Below, piece by piece: positions 36,355 through 45,788 of a stretch of DNA of 64,000 nt (its first letter is position 1; each line of letters begins with the position of its first letter). The DNA is taken from contig CAZYQT010000001.1 of assembly GCA_964650255.1 (NCBI GenBank), forward strand, positions 39,964-103,963, read 5' to 3'. Both the position numbers and the translations under genes were made by a program. This DNA comes from an uncultured Candidatus Saccharibacteria bacterium (GTDB lineage: Bacteria > Patescibacteriota > Doudnabacteria > UBA920). The notes under the pieces were generated by a model, which was not told the DNA's origin, did not search any database, and saw only the letters and a program-made list of their open reading frames with translations.

Positions 36355-37343
36355 TGAGCTTGTTTCCTTGTTAATACTTTTTTAATTGCTTGCTTAATTG
36401 ATTCTTTATCCATGCCAAATTTTCTAATCAGTTCTTCTGGCTGGCCACTTTCTCCAAATGTATCTGGCATACCGACCATTTCAATCGGGACGGGATATCT
36501 TTGCGCGAGCACTTCGGCCACTGCACTACCAGCGCCGCCCATAATTTGATGCTCCTCAATCGTAACCACAGCCTTAGTTAACTTTGCGGCCCAGACGATT
36601 GTTTCTGCATCAATCGGCTTTATGGTGTGATTATTTATCACTAAAACATTAATGCCTTCTTTCTCGAGCTCTAAGGCAGCCATAAGTCCATTATACAAAA
36701 TTGGACCACTGCCAATAACCGCGACATCCGAACCCTCCTTCATGACAATGGCTTTACCAATTGTAAATGGAGTTTCTTCTGTGGTCATAACCGGAGTTTT
36801 CTCTCTGCCCAGACGGAAATAAGCAGGCCCAGCAGTTGTGCCTAAAGCAACGGTAGTTCGACGCGCTTCAATTGCATCGCACGGAACAACCACAGTCATG
36901 TTTGGCACAGTTCTTACAATAGCGATATCCTCTAAGGCCTGATGAGTCGCTCCATCTGGCCCAACAGACAATCCAGTATGCGAACCCGCAATCTTTACGT
37001 TGGTTTTGGAATAAGCGACAGACACGCGCATTTGGTCCCAGCTTCGTCCAGGACTAAAGGTCGCGTAACTAGCCACAAAAGCGGTTTTGCCGGCCAAGGC
37101 TAGACCTGCGGCAACGCCCATCATGTTTTGTTCGGCCACACCGCATTCAATAAATCGCTCTGGATATTTTTTAGCAAATTCTAACACCCGAGTGCTTTCA
37201 GCTAAATCGCCAGTTAGGGCAACTACATCTTTATGATGCCCGCCCAACTCTAACAAACCTTCACCAAAACCATTGCGGCTCGGTACTTGCTCAATATCTG
37301 GCAGCCCTATTTTGGGATTAAGTTTTGCTTGTTGGTTTAGCAT
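36351..37343 (-). CDS. Transketolase, C-terminal (pyrimidine-binding) subunit
   Basis: FIECGVAEQNMMGVAAGLALAGK...ATFSP matches the Pyr and C-terminal domains of split transketolases. 330 aa. Confidence 0.9.
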   Translation of the reverse strand: MLNQQAKLNPKIGLPDIEQVPSRNGFGEGLLELGGHHKDVVALTGDLAESTRVLEFAKKYPERFIECGVAEQNMMGVAAGLALAGKTAFVASYATFSPGRSWDQMRVSVAYSKTNVKIAGSHTGLSVGPDGATHQALEDIAIVRTVPNMTVVVPCDAIEARRTTVALGTTAGPAYFRLGREKTPVMTTEETPFTIGKAIVMKEGSDVAVIGSGPILYNGLMAALELEKEGINVLVINNHTIKPIDAETIVWAAKLTKAVVTIEEHQIMGGAGSAVAEVLAQRYPVPIEMVGMPDTFGESGQPEELIRKFGMDKESIKQAIKKVLTRKQAQ

Positions 37344-37638
37344 TAGTTGTTACATTTTTATTTCGGATAAAATTGATGATAGTTAAAGCTACAAAAATAA
37401 CGAACCAGATCCCTGAAATCACCAAAGAGAAAGAATAAATTGCCATATACACAACTGTGGCTTTATCTGGTGCTGGCGAGAATTGAACTCTATCTGAAAA
37501 TAATCCGCCGCCGCCTAAATACTGGCGCTGGGGCGAAATACCTTGGTTATGGAGTCTCAACAATAAATAGAATACCACTGCTATCGCAAAAAACCCTAGT
37601 GCTAAGTAAAGATATTTTTTTGTTTTAATTGGATTCAT
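37318..37638 (-). CDS. Small membrane protein (hypothetical)
   Basis: 106 aa, two TM helices. Confidence 0.35.
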   Translation of the reverse strand: MNPIKTKKYLYLALGFFAIAVVFYLLLRLHNQGISPQRQYLGGGGLFSDRVQFSPAPDKATVVYMAIYSFSLVISGIWFVIFVALTIINFIRNKNVTTNAKPTSKT

Positions 37639-39417
37639 TTAAGCGTCTAAATATTGTTTTATTTTATCTTTATTGTGCTGATAGAAGAATGAAATTATTA
37701 ACAAAATTGCACCAAGGCTAATAAACGAAATAATTCTATACACCATGTCCAAACTTTGAACATCATACAAGAACACTTTCAAAATCACCAAAGCTAGTAG
37801 ACCTAAAGCCACTTTACGCACAGCTTTGAATTCATGCACAAAACTAACTAACATCAACACTACACCGTATGCTAGCCACCACAAACTAATGGACAAGTTG
37901 CGCTGGTTAGAATTAATATTGGCAGCAAAATACTGAATGATATCCCAGGTTACAAAAATACCAAGTAAGATAGAAATAATGTACTGCAAACCACTTAACA
38001 CATCATTTTCAAATTCAGAGTGCTCCATGCTTGAGTAAATTCCGTAAATAATCCCAAGCGCAAGTAATCCGAGAATTTCCAAACCGAATTTATAGTTGAA
38101 TAATAGAATGTGTTCGTTATATGGATACTGATACAAGAATGCCGTGACAATACCAATAATTACTACGCCGAGAGACAGGACTCGCAGTTCCAAACGTTTC
38201 TGCACCCGCCCAATTCCCATGCCAAGCAGGCCCACTAGATACAACACAACAATTTCAGCGCGCTGTCCAAATTGCCAGACTATGGCCAATGTAACCAAAA
38301 TACTTCCAACGGTTGAGTTTACATAATTAACCCATTCGTATTCTAGCCTATCCACAATTGCGTACATTCCGAATACCCATGCACTCAAAGCAACTAAAAT
38401 TAACGGTGCCAGGTCGCGGTAGTTGTTAAACACAATTACGCACAGAGGTGCTAAAAATACTACTGACATTGCACCTAGTACTGCAGCGTACTCTTGCAAA
38501 GCTTGATTATTACCACCCTCTGGTTTGAACTTATGAATCAAGGCTGTAACCACTGCGGAAAACAGAGCAAAGTTGGCTGCCAAGAAAATCGCGGTCTGAC
38601 TGGCAACGCCGCTATCATAACTCACCACTCTGAAGGTTAATAAATTAATTAAAGTTCCAAACAACGAAATTGCAAACAAATACATTTTATTGCTACGCCA
38701 GACAGTCATCATTACACCAATATTGAGCAAAGTTAAGTACACAAGATTGATCATATAATTGTCCGTGTATGACCCAAGCAGAATTGGCACTACGTAACCG
38801 CCACACCAAGCCAATGCTCCTAAAATAAACGATTCGGTCCAGTATGCAGTGGCCAGGCCAACAATTGTAACCATTATCATTAGCACCAAGGCGGTGTTAA
38901 CATCAATTAGATTGTACAAACTGTAGCTGGCCAAAATTGTTAAATGCCAAATCGCTAGCGCGCCGCCCCCGAGTACCAAAGCATAATTTTTGTATTTTTG
39001 GTTCCAAAGACAGTACAAAATGAGCAACAATAATCCAATGCCCGCTCCAATTAGCAAGCGTAGTTTAACACTAATCCAGCCTTGGTCTATTGCATACTTC
39101 AAGAAAAAACCAATACCCAACACCAATGCCACGATACCAATTTTTGGCAATGCGTTAATGAATGTTTTGCTATCCATTGGTTGAGACATCTGACTGGCTG
39201 GTGCGCCAGGCTTAGTTTTTACCTGCGCCAAAGTTGCCTTGGCAGCAGACATCGAAACTGGAGCCGCACTCGAAGACGATGGCGCAGCAGTCGTAGCCCC
39301 ACTGGGAGCTTTCTTAGAATTGGCTCTTGCCCAATTTTCTAAATGTGATACTCGGCCTGATAGCCTGGCTAAGTATATGGCCACACCTATCAAGAGTAAA
39401 AGAATTATTAATTCCAT
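37639..39417 (-). CDS. Large polytopic membrane protein (hypothetical, ~14 TM)
   Basis: 592 aa, very hydrophobic, N-terminal Ala/Ser-rich segment. Confidence 0.5.
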   Translation of the reverse strand: MELIILLLLIGVAIYLARLSGRVSHLENWARANSKKAPSGATTAAPSSSSAAPVSMSAAKATLAQVKTKPGAPASQMSQPMDSKTFINALPKIGIVALVLGIGFFLKYAIDQGWISVKLRLLIGAGIGLLLLILYCLWNQKYKNYALVLGGGALAIWHLTILASYSLYNLIDVNTALVLMIMVTIVGLATAYWTESFILGALAWCGGYVVPILLGSYTDNYMINLVYLTLLNIGVMMTVWRSNKMYLFAISLFGTLINLLTFRVVSYDSGVASQTAIFLAANFALFSAVVTALIHKFKPEGGNNQALQEYAAVLGAMSVVFLAPLCVIVFNNYRDLAPLILVALSAWVFGMYAIVDRLEYEWVNYVNSTVGSILVTLAIVWQFGQRAEIVVLYLVGLLGMGIGRVQKRLELRVLSLGVVIIGIVTAFLYQYPYNEHILLFNYKFGLEILGLLALGIIYGIYSSMEHSEFENDVLSGLQYIISILLGIFVTWDIIQYFAANINSNQRNLSISLWWLAYGVVLMLVSFVHEFKAVRKVALGLLALVILKVFLYDVQSLDMVYRIISFISLGAILLIISFFYQHNKDKIKQYLDA

Positions 39418-39446
39418 TTTTGTTTAATTAATTGTTTATTTTAAAA

Positions 39447-40355
39447 TTATTCATGTTCACTTGTTATTTGCCCGCGCAAGGTGCGCAGTTCCTTTAAGGC
39501 TTCTTCAGCTTGATGCCCTTTCGGCGGTGCACCTGCAATGTCTGCACTATCTGGTGGTGCCCCGTGCCACTCGTAACGACCTTCCATAAAATCTACACCT
39601 TTGCCTGGAATAGTATGTGCAATTATTACTGTAGGCTTTTCAAAAACAGCAGCTGCTTCTGCATAAGCGTTAATTATCGCATCCATATTGTGGCCATCAA
39701 TTTCTAAAACATGCCAATTAAAAGCTTCGTATTTAGCTCGCAAACCTTCCAGTGGCATAACATTTTCTGTGAAGCCATCAATTTGAATATTGTTGCGATC
39801 AATAATTGCAGTAAGGTTATGAAGTTTTTCTTTACCCGCAAGCATGGCTGCTTCCCAAATTTGACCTTCTTGCTGTTCACCATCGGACATAACTAAGTAC
39901 ACACGGTTTTTTAAGTTGTCCATGCGGAAGGCCAAAGCTATTCCCACGGCCTGGGAAGCCCCCTGCGCCAACGGGCCAGAAGAGGTTTCCAAACCTGGCA
40001 AAGCCAAATTGTGTGGGTGGCCATGAAGGCGCGTACCGAATTTGCGCAAAGTCTTTAATTCATCCTTTGGAAAATACCCAGATTCAGCCAAAGCTGCATA
40101 CAACACAGGACACGTGTGGCCACATGACAGTACCAATCGATCTCGACCTGCCCAATCCGGATGCGCAGGATCGTGCTTCATCACTTTAAAATACAATGCT
40201 GTAAAAATATCTGCTAATCCTAAAGGACCGGCACTATGTCCAGAGCCGGCCGCAACTAGCATGGCAATAATATCCTGCCGAATATCGTTCGCTTTATATT
40301 GAAGTTCCTGCGAGTTCAATGTTGTGAAAATTTTGTTTGATGTTTTCTGTTTCAA
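39447..40355 (-). CDS. Transketolase, N-terminal (TPP-binding) subunit
   Basis: GSGHSAGPLGLADIFTALYF...GHPH...GHTCPVLYAALAESGYF matches the thiamine-diphosphate-binding half. 302 aa. Confidence 0.9.
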   Translation of the reverse strand: MKQKTSNKIFTTLNSQELQYKANDIRQDIIAMLVAAGSGHSAGPLGLADIFTALYFKVMKHDPAHPDWAGRDRLVLSCGHTCPVLYAALAESGYFPKDELKTLRKFGTRLHGHPHNLALPGLETSSGPLAQGASQAVGIALAFRMDNLKNRVYLVMSDGEQQEGQIWEAAMLAGKEKLHNLTAIIDRNNIQIDGFTENVMPLEGLRAKYEAFNWHVLEIDGHNMDAIINAYAEAAAVFEKPTVIIAHTIPGKGVDFMEGRYEWHGAPPDSADIAGAPPKGHQAEEALKELRTLRGQITSEHE

Positions 40356-40953
40356 ATAACGCTGAACCTACCACGAGATAGTCCGCGCCAGCTTCCAGGA
40401 GGGCTGCGGCATTACTTGCCTTAACCCCACCATCTACTTCAATTATAGCATTTGGAGCCATGTTTCTCAATGTTTTTACCCGCTCAATGCTCTCGGGAAT
40501 AAAAGGACTTCCCTGCCTGCCCGGCTCAACAGAAAGAATTGTAAATTGCTTAATGTTGTCTGTGTGATACCTCAAAACAGACACTGGCGTTTCTGGATTG
40601 ATGGCAATTGCTGGCAGCATGCCAAGCTTTGTTATTGCCTCCACCGCATTTTCCAGTTGAACTTCATTATCAAAAGCTTCGTAGTGCACGATTATTGTAG
40701 AAAACCCAGCGGTTTTGTAGTGGTCGAAGTTTTGTGGCTTGATAACCATTAGGTGCGCTTCCCATGTGTATTTTTTTGATAGTTCGCCTATTTCAGCAAA
40801 ATCATGAATCGCTAAGGTTTCGTTAGGCACAAATAAGCCATCGCAAAAATCCACTTGAATTGATTTAACCTTGCCCTTGGGCAAGGTTTGTATTTTAACT
40901 AGTTTTTCCGCAAATCCTTGCGGGGTTTTCTCTAAAAGCGCTGGAATTATCAT
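40294..40953 (-). CDS. rpe: Ribulose-phosphate 3-epimerase
   Basis: SIQVDFCDGLFVPN...HLMVIKP...VEPGRQGSPF...VDGGV Rpe motifs. 219 aa. Confidence 0.85.
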   Translation of the reverse strand: MIIPALLEKTPQGFAEKLVKIQTLPKGKVKSIQVDFCDGLFVPNETLAIHDFAEIGELSKKYTWEAHLMVIKPQNFDHYKTAGFSTIIVHYEAFDNEVQLENAVEAITKLGMLPAIAINPETPVSVLRYHTDNIKQFTILSVEPGRQGSPFIPESIERVKTLRNMAPNAIIEVDGGVKASNAAALLEAGADYLVVGSALFETENIKQNFHNIELAGTSI

Positions 40954-41062
40954 GTTTTTGTAGGTTTTCTGGACTCTATTGACAAATAGAGAATATTATG
41001 ATATAATGAATCAAACAAACTTTGGATTAGAATTTCAAACACTTAATTTAGGGGGACTATAA

Positions 41063-41524
41063 ATGAACTTTAGAGAAGAAAGAACTTTTCCTATCACAGT
41101 AGACTACAACAGAAGTCTTGAGGAAATGATCGCGGCTGGTAATTACCATGGTCATATATCGGATATGATCAAAGGATGCCCCATCTCCGGAGAAGGCGTC
41201 CATCATCTAGATCTCGTTCTCGTCGCAATTGAGGGCGAAATGTACATCGATAGCGTACGAATCGCACTTTCACAGCGCGGACTGCGCGCTGCAACGATCG
41301 AAGAATTGTTAGCTCTCGGCGAGCAGCATCCCGAACTCCAACGAAACTTTCCCATCATGGCCCTAGGATCAGTTTGGGATTGTCCGCACACAGGTGCTTC
41401 TACGGTCCCAAGCCTTTACCAACACGGCCGGGAAGGTGCTAAGGAACGTACATTGTATGACGTATCTGATACCGGTGGTTTTTGGGGAATGGGACGTTAC
41501 GCGGCTATCCGAGAGACTATCTAG
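41063..41524 (+). CDS. Hypothetical protein (153 aa), GC-richer than its neighbours
   Basis: GGGGG RBS, then an ORF with Arg/Ala/Gly-rich composition unlike the surrounding AT-rich genes. Confidence 0.4.
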   Translation: MNFREERTFPITVDYNRSLEEMIAAGNYHGHISDMIKGCPISGEGVHHLDLVLVAIEGEMYIDSVRIALSQRGLRAATIEELLALGEQHPELQRNFPIMALGSVWDCPHTGASTVPSLYQHGREGAKERTLYDVSDTGGFWGMGRYAAIRETI

Positions 41525-41589
41525 CTAGCCTTCTCACAACTTGAACAATGGCTCATGCATTCGTGTATGAGCCATTTAATTATATCAAT

Positions 41590-42033
41590 TTATTTTTCTA
41601 AAGAACTAATCTTCTTCACTCTTCTTACATGCCTTGCCTCGCTAGAATACGGGGTCTTCAACCACACACCCACAATTGCCTGTGCTTCCTTTTCAGAAAT
41701 ATAATCACTTGGGAGGCAGAGCACGTTAGACATATCATCCTTGCGGGACATCTCGGCCTCTTTGGTATTCCAAACTAAAGCAGCGCGAACATGATTAAAC
41801 TTGTTCGCGACAATACAGACGCCCTGACCACTGCGGCAAATCAAGAGCCCTAAATTTTGCATAGGGTTTTGTGATACCTTCTTACCTACGATTTTTGCGT
41901 AATCAGGATAATCATCCCCTGCCTTCAATTTCTTTGCTCCTACATCTACAAATTCCTGTTTCTGCTTTGTCAGAAATTTTTTCAGCTGTTCTTTTAATTT
42001 GTAACCGCCGTGGTCAGCGCCTATGTATATCAT
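41590..42033 (-). CDS. rpiB: Ribose-5-phosphate isomerase B
   Basis: MIYIGADHGGYKLK...LLICRSGQGVCIVANK RpiB/LacAB family motifs. Confidence 0.85.
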   Translation of the reverse strand: MIYIGADHGGYKLKEQLKKFLTKQKQEFVDVGAKKLKAGDDYPDYAKIVGKKVSQNPMQNLGLLICRSGQGVCIVANKFNHVRAALVWNTKEAEMSRKDDMSNVLCLPSDYISEKEAQAIVGVWLKTPYSSEARHVRRVKKISSLEK

Positions 42034-42045
42034 AAAATTTGAAAA

Positions 42046-42729
42046 TTAAAGTGAGATGATTTTATTAAAGTCATCTGGCAAAAGTGATGCGCCGCCAATC
42101 AATAAGCCAGATACATGTGGCTGTTCAAGAAAACTTTGTGCATTAGTACCGTTCACACTACCACCATACAAAACTTTTGGCACCGCATGTTTTGTATTAA
42201 TGTACAACGCAATTTGCTCTGCATGATCAGGGGTAGCAGCGTTCTTAGTACCAATGGCCCACACAGGCTCGTATGCCACCACGACTTTGCGCGGGTCAAC
42301 ATCTTCTAAACTAGCAGCAACCTGATGCCCAACCACGTCTGCTACTTCCAAAGTATCTTCTTTCACAGTGGTGCCATAACCAACACAAATAATCGGTGTA
42401 ACTTTGTAATCGAGCAAAGCCTGCACCTTAGCGTTTACCAACTCATCGGTTTCGCCCATAGCCCGCCGTTCGCTGTGGCCAACAATACAATATTTCACAC
42501 CCATACTAGCCAATTGCGCCGGCGAAACCTCCCCAGTGTATGCACCTTTTATGTAATGCGAACAGTTTTGCGCGCCAACGTGTGGATATTCAATTGATTC
42601 CAAAAACAAAATCGGTGGACATATTACCACATCATTTGTAGTCGATACATCAATTTTCGATGCCAAAGCCACTGCCTCGTGCACAGTCATTGGATTCAAT
42701 TTCCAGTTACCCACTATTAGTTTACGCAT
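42046..42729 (-). CDS. tpiA: Triosephosphate isomerase
   Basis: LIVGNWKLN...YCIVGHSERR...VAYEPVWAIGTK...LYGGSV. 227 aa. Confidence 0.9.
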   Translation of the reverse strand: MRKLIVGNWKLNPMTVHEAVALASKIDVSTTNDVVICPPILFLESIEYPHVGAQNCSHYIKGAYTGEVSPAQLASMGVKYCIVGHSERRAMGETDELVNAKVQALLDYKVTPIICVGYGTTVKEDTLEVADVVGHQVAASLEDVDPRKVVVAYEPVWAIGTKNAATPDHAEQIALYINTKHAVPKVLYGGSVNGTNAQSFLEQPHVSGLLIGGASLLPDDFNKIISL

Positions 42730-42741
42730 ATATTTTTTAAA

Positions 42742-43743
42742 TTAACCCTCTCTTAAAAACTTCGCGGTTTCTTCTGGGGGCATTGGATTTACAGGAATAC
42801 CAGTACCGAATTCAAACCCAGCCCACATTGTTAATCGCGGGAAAATTGTTAAGTGCCAATGATAACTCCCCTCTTCATGCATAGTAACACGATCACGTTT
42901 GACCGGCATGGTGTGAATGTAAAAATTAAGTGATGGATCGGAGAGTTTTGTGTAAAGTGCGCCAACTGCTCGCTTGAGAGCATGGGCTAAGTGAGTAATT
43001 TCCTTGGCCGAAATATCTTCGTAGCGCGCTGAATGGCGCTTTGGTAAAATCCAAGTTTCGAATGGACTGCGTGATGCGTATGCAGAAATAACCATAAAGT
43101 GATCGTCTTCATACACCATCCGGTCTTTAAGACGCGATTCAAACTTCATAATGTCGCAGTACACACAAATCTTGTTGTTCTGATAGTAATGATACGCCCC
43201 GGTCATTTCCGCATGAATATGCGGTGGCACCATAGGCGTAGACATTAATTGATAGTGCGGATGCACTAAAGAAGCACCGGAGTCACGGCCATGGTTATGG
43301 AAAATCTGCACGTATGCGGTCTTTTCATTTTTCGAAAGCTCTATAATTCGATCTTTGAAATTATTGAGCGTCAAAGCAATAAGCTGGGCGGACTGCAAAG
43401 CCACGGGCTCGTTATGCTTGCGAGTAATAATAACTTCGTGATCACCATAACCAGCGCGCGAATTATAAAACTCATGATGATTGTAATCCTGGCCGAACTC
43501 GAGCGCTCGATACTTATTTGGGATCACCCGCAGTTGCCAATCTTTAGTGTTGGGAATGCGGCAAACATCATCACACAAATCAGGATTTTTATTTTCATTA
43601 CCAGGGCAAAATACACAATCAGGATCGAATTCTGGTACCCCAGCCATCACACTATAAGTTTTAAAATCTTGCGGTCTTTTACCGCGACCAGGCGCTATTA
43701 GTACCCACTGCTTGGTGATCGGGTTTTGTCTAAATTGGGACAT
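42742..43743 (-). CDS. galT: Galactose-1-phosphate uridylyltransferase-family protein (HIT-like)
   Basis: CVFCPGNE zinc knuckle and LVHPHYQL (HxHxQ) active site. 333 aa. Confidence 0.75.
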   Translation of the reverse strand: MSQFRQNPITKQWVLIAPGRGKRPQDFKTYSVMAGVPEFDPDCVFCPGNENKNPDLCDDVCRIPNTKDWQLRVIPNKYRALEFGQDYNHHEFYNSRAGYGDHEVIITRKHNEPVALQSAQLIALTLNNFKDRIIELSKNEKTAYVQIFHNHGRDSGASLVHPHYQLMSTPMVPPHIHAEMTGAYHYYQNNKICVYCDIMKFESRLKDRMVYEDDHFMVISAYASRSPFETWILPKRHSARYEDISAKEITHLAHALKRAVGALYTKLSDPSLNFYIHTMPVKRDRVTMHEEGSYHWHLTIFPRLTMWAGFEFGTGIPVNPMPPEETAKFLREG

Positions 43744-43747
43744 TCAT

Positions 43748-44128
43748 TTAAGCTTTCTGTTTATCTAAATAATTTTGAAGAATGATTTGTGCTGCCAAAC
43801 TATCAACATTTTTCTTGCCCCCTGGGAGCTTGCCAGCCATCACACTGGACAATCGTTCGTCCATGTACTCAATTGGGATAGAAAGTTTTGCCTCCAACTG
43901 ATCGCAAAATTCCTGCACGCGGCGGGTTGAATCCGTTAGTTCACCAGACATATTTAATGGCAACCCAATAATTATCCGCCCTATTTCTTCTTCAGCAACA
44001 AGGACATCAATTTTTTTCCAAAAATCTTGAGGTGACCATATATCAAGCTCGCGTGCCAGGGTGTGTGTTTCGTCAGAAATAGCTAACCCGACACGCTTGC
44101 TACCATAATCAATTCCTAATATTTTCAT
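43748..44128 (-). CDS. ruvX: Putative pre-16S rRNA nuclease / Holliday-junction resolvase YqgF (RuvX)
   Basis: MKILGIDYGSKRVGLAISD start. 126 aa. Confidence 0.85.
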   Translation of the reverse strand: MKILGIDYGSKRVGLAISDETHTLARELDIWSPQDFWKKIDVLVAEEEIGRIIIGLPLNMSGELTDSTRRVQEFCDQLEAKLSIPIEYMDERLSSVMAGKLPGGKKNVDSLAAQIILQNYLDKQKA

Positions 44129-45735
44129 TCAGCGGTGTAATTTGAGCTGCCAACAGGAGCAATTGGATTCATTTGTGGTGTGCGCAAACAAACATTTTGC
44201 TCTTTAATGATAGAAATTCCATTGCCGCCGGAAGACCCAGCTCCAATTGGAGTAAACACAAACTTATTAACCATATTTTCAACAATTCCAGCAACAATTT
44301 GACTAGCTACATTCTCTGCGTTATTAGTCCCAAGCTGAATGGTTCCAGAGATCGCAGCTTGTTGTGTATTAAATATCGCGGACATAGTTTTGTTAATCTG
44401 CCCAGTAACTAAGTCGCGGCCACTCTTCAAACCAGGGCTAAGAACTTCTTTGGTAGCTGCGCTTTCTGCGGCAGAACGAGTCTGGTTAGCCAAGGTAGTG
44501 TAATAATCTTCCCACCATTCTGGATAATTCTTTTCATCACCGCCAAGTCTGGCCAGTTTGGTCAGGAACTGAGGATCATTCGGGTCCAAAACTATATCCG
44601 TCCCTTGATTAGCCCGCGCTTTAGCCGTAAAAATTTGTTTCAGCTCTTCCGGATTTGTATTCACACAAAAATATTGTGGTAAAAATTTCTGGATGATATC
44701 TTGTTCAGTTGGATCAGCTACAAACTTCTTCATGTACTCAACTGAATAGTATCGGCCCAAGTCCTGTGAGTAGTAAAGTTGGCTGGCAATGGCAAAACTT
44801 TTTTCAATATGAGCCACTAACTTGTCTAACATTGTGGTGGCAAACTTAGCAAATGATCTTGCTAAACCAGTGCGAATACCAACTTCTGCCGCAGCCTTAA
44901 TATCGATTACTAATTGGGTCCCAAGTGGTCCGAATTGAGCGTTGGCGGTTTTGATGAAAGCAAGACCTCCATTGCTTGTATTTTCTGAGCCACTGCTGGC
45001 TACTTCAAAATCCTTCGGGGTTAAAGCAAACTTGCTAGACAGTTGATTAAATTCAGTCTGAGCCGCGCCTAACTTGTTATCAATAATTGAGTACTGGCCA
45101 TATACCTGCGGCCAAGGCTCAGTAGCTGTTCCTTGCGAATAATTTGCAGCAGTGCTTAAGAATGAACCAAAAGTATCGAAGGCGGCAATATAAGCCTTGT
45201 GCATTCCAATGGCATCTTTAGGTACAGCAACTCCTCTAATGTTATTTGCCAGTGCTTTAGTCTTTTGTTGGGCTGTCAAAATTTGAACCGCATCAGCATT
45301 GTCCCCAAAAGTCTGATTAACCGCCACCTGAGTTTCATCGTTATAATTTGTAATCATAGAACCAAGTCGATTCAGATAATCAACCACAGCGGCTTTATCA
45401 GAGCGAGACTGAATTGCGATTTCCGAATCTGAGACCGTCGGCAAACTAACTTTCTGGTCAACATTTAAAGCTGTCTCCACTTCTTTTCGGACAATATCTT
45501 CAGTGGCGATCTTTTCGAGTAGCTGCTGGCTGGCTACATAGTCTGGCTGAATTGCATCGAGCAAAGCCTGATACTGTCTGGCTTCCTCTTCGGCAATTTT
45601 CCTCTGAGCATCGTAATCTGTGTTATCACGAAACACAAAGCTCCCTGGGTTAACATAAACCAAGGTGACTAAGATTACTAGCATTACTCCGATCAAGCCA
45701 AGTAAGTATTTACGAGGTATATTTGTCATGTCCAT
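44125..45735 (-). CDS. Hypothetical membrane-anchored extracytoplasmic protein
   Basis: 536 aa, N-terminal TM (LLGLIGVMLVILVTLVYV), remainder Ala/Gln/Thr-rich. Confidence 0.45.
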   Translation of the reverse strand: MDMTNIPRKYLLGLIGVMLVILVTLVYVNPGSFVFRDNTDYDAQRKIAEEEARQYQALLDAIQPDYVASQQLLEKIATEDIVRKEVETALNVDQKVSLPTVSDSEIAIQSRSDKAAVVDYLNRLGSMITNYNDETQVAVNQTFGDNADAVQILTAQQKTKALANNIRGVAVPKDAIGMHKAYIAAFDTFGSFLSTAANYSQGTATEPWPQVYGQYSIIDNKLGAAQTEFNQLSSKFALTPKDFEVASSGSENTSNGGLAFIKTANAQFGPLGTQLVIDIKAAAEVGIRTGLARSFAKFATTMLDKLVAHIEKSFAIASQLYYSQDLGRYYSVEYMKKFVADPTEQDIIQKFLPQYFCVNTNPEELKQIFTAKARANQGTDIVLDPNDPQFLTKLARLGGDEKNYPEWWEDYYTTLANQTRSAAESAATKEVLSPGLKSGRDLVTGQINKTMSAIFNTQQAAISGTIQLGTNNAENVASQIVAGIVENMVNKFVFTPIGAGSSGGNGISIIKEQNVCLRTPQMNPIAPVGSSNYTAE

Positions 45736-45788
45736 TTATTTTTTGTTTAATTTGTTTTTATTTATTATTTATTTCAGTAATGTTTGGC

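Noticed and set aside
40294-40355. 62-nt overlap between rpe and the transketolase N-terminal subunit as evidence of a frameshifted fusion
   Set aside because: Both proteins are full-length with intact N- and C-termini. The overlap more likely reflects an over-extended 5' start call for the downstream gene, or a genuine short overlap.
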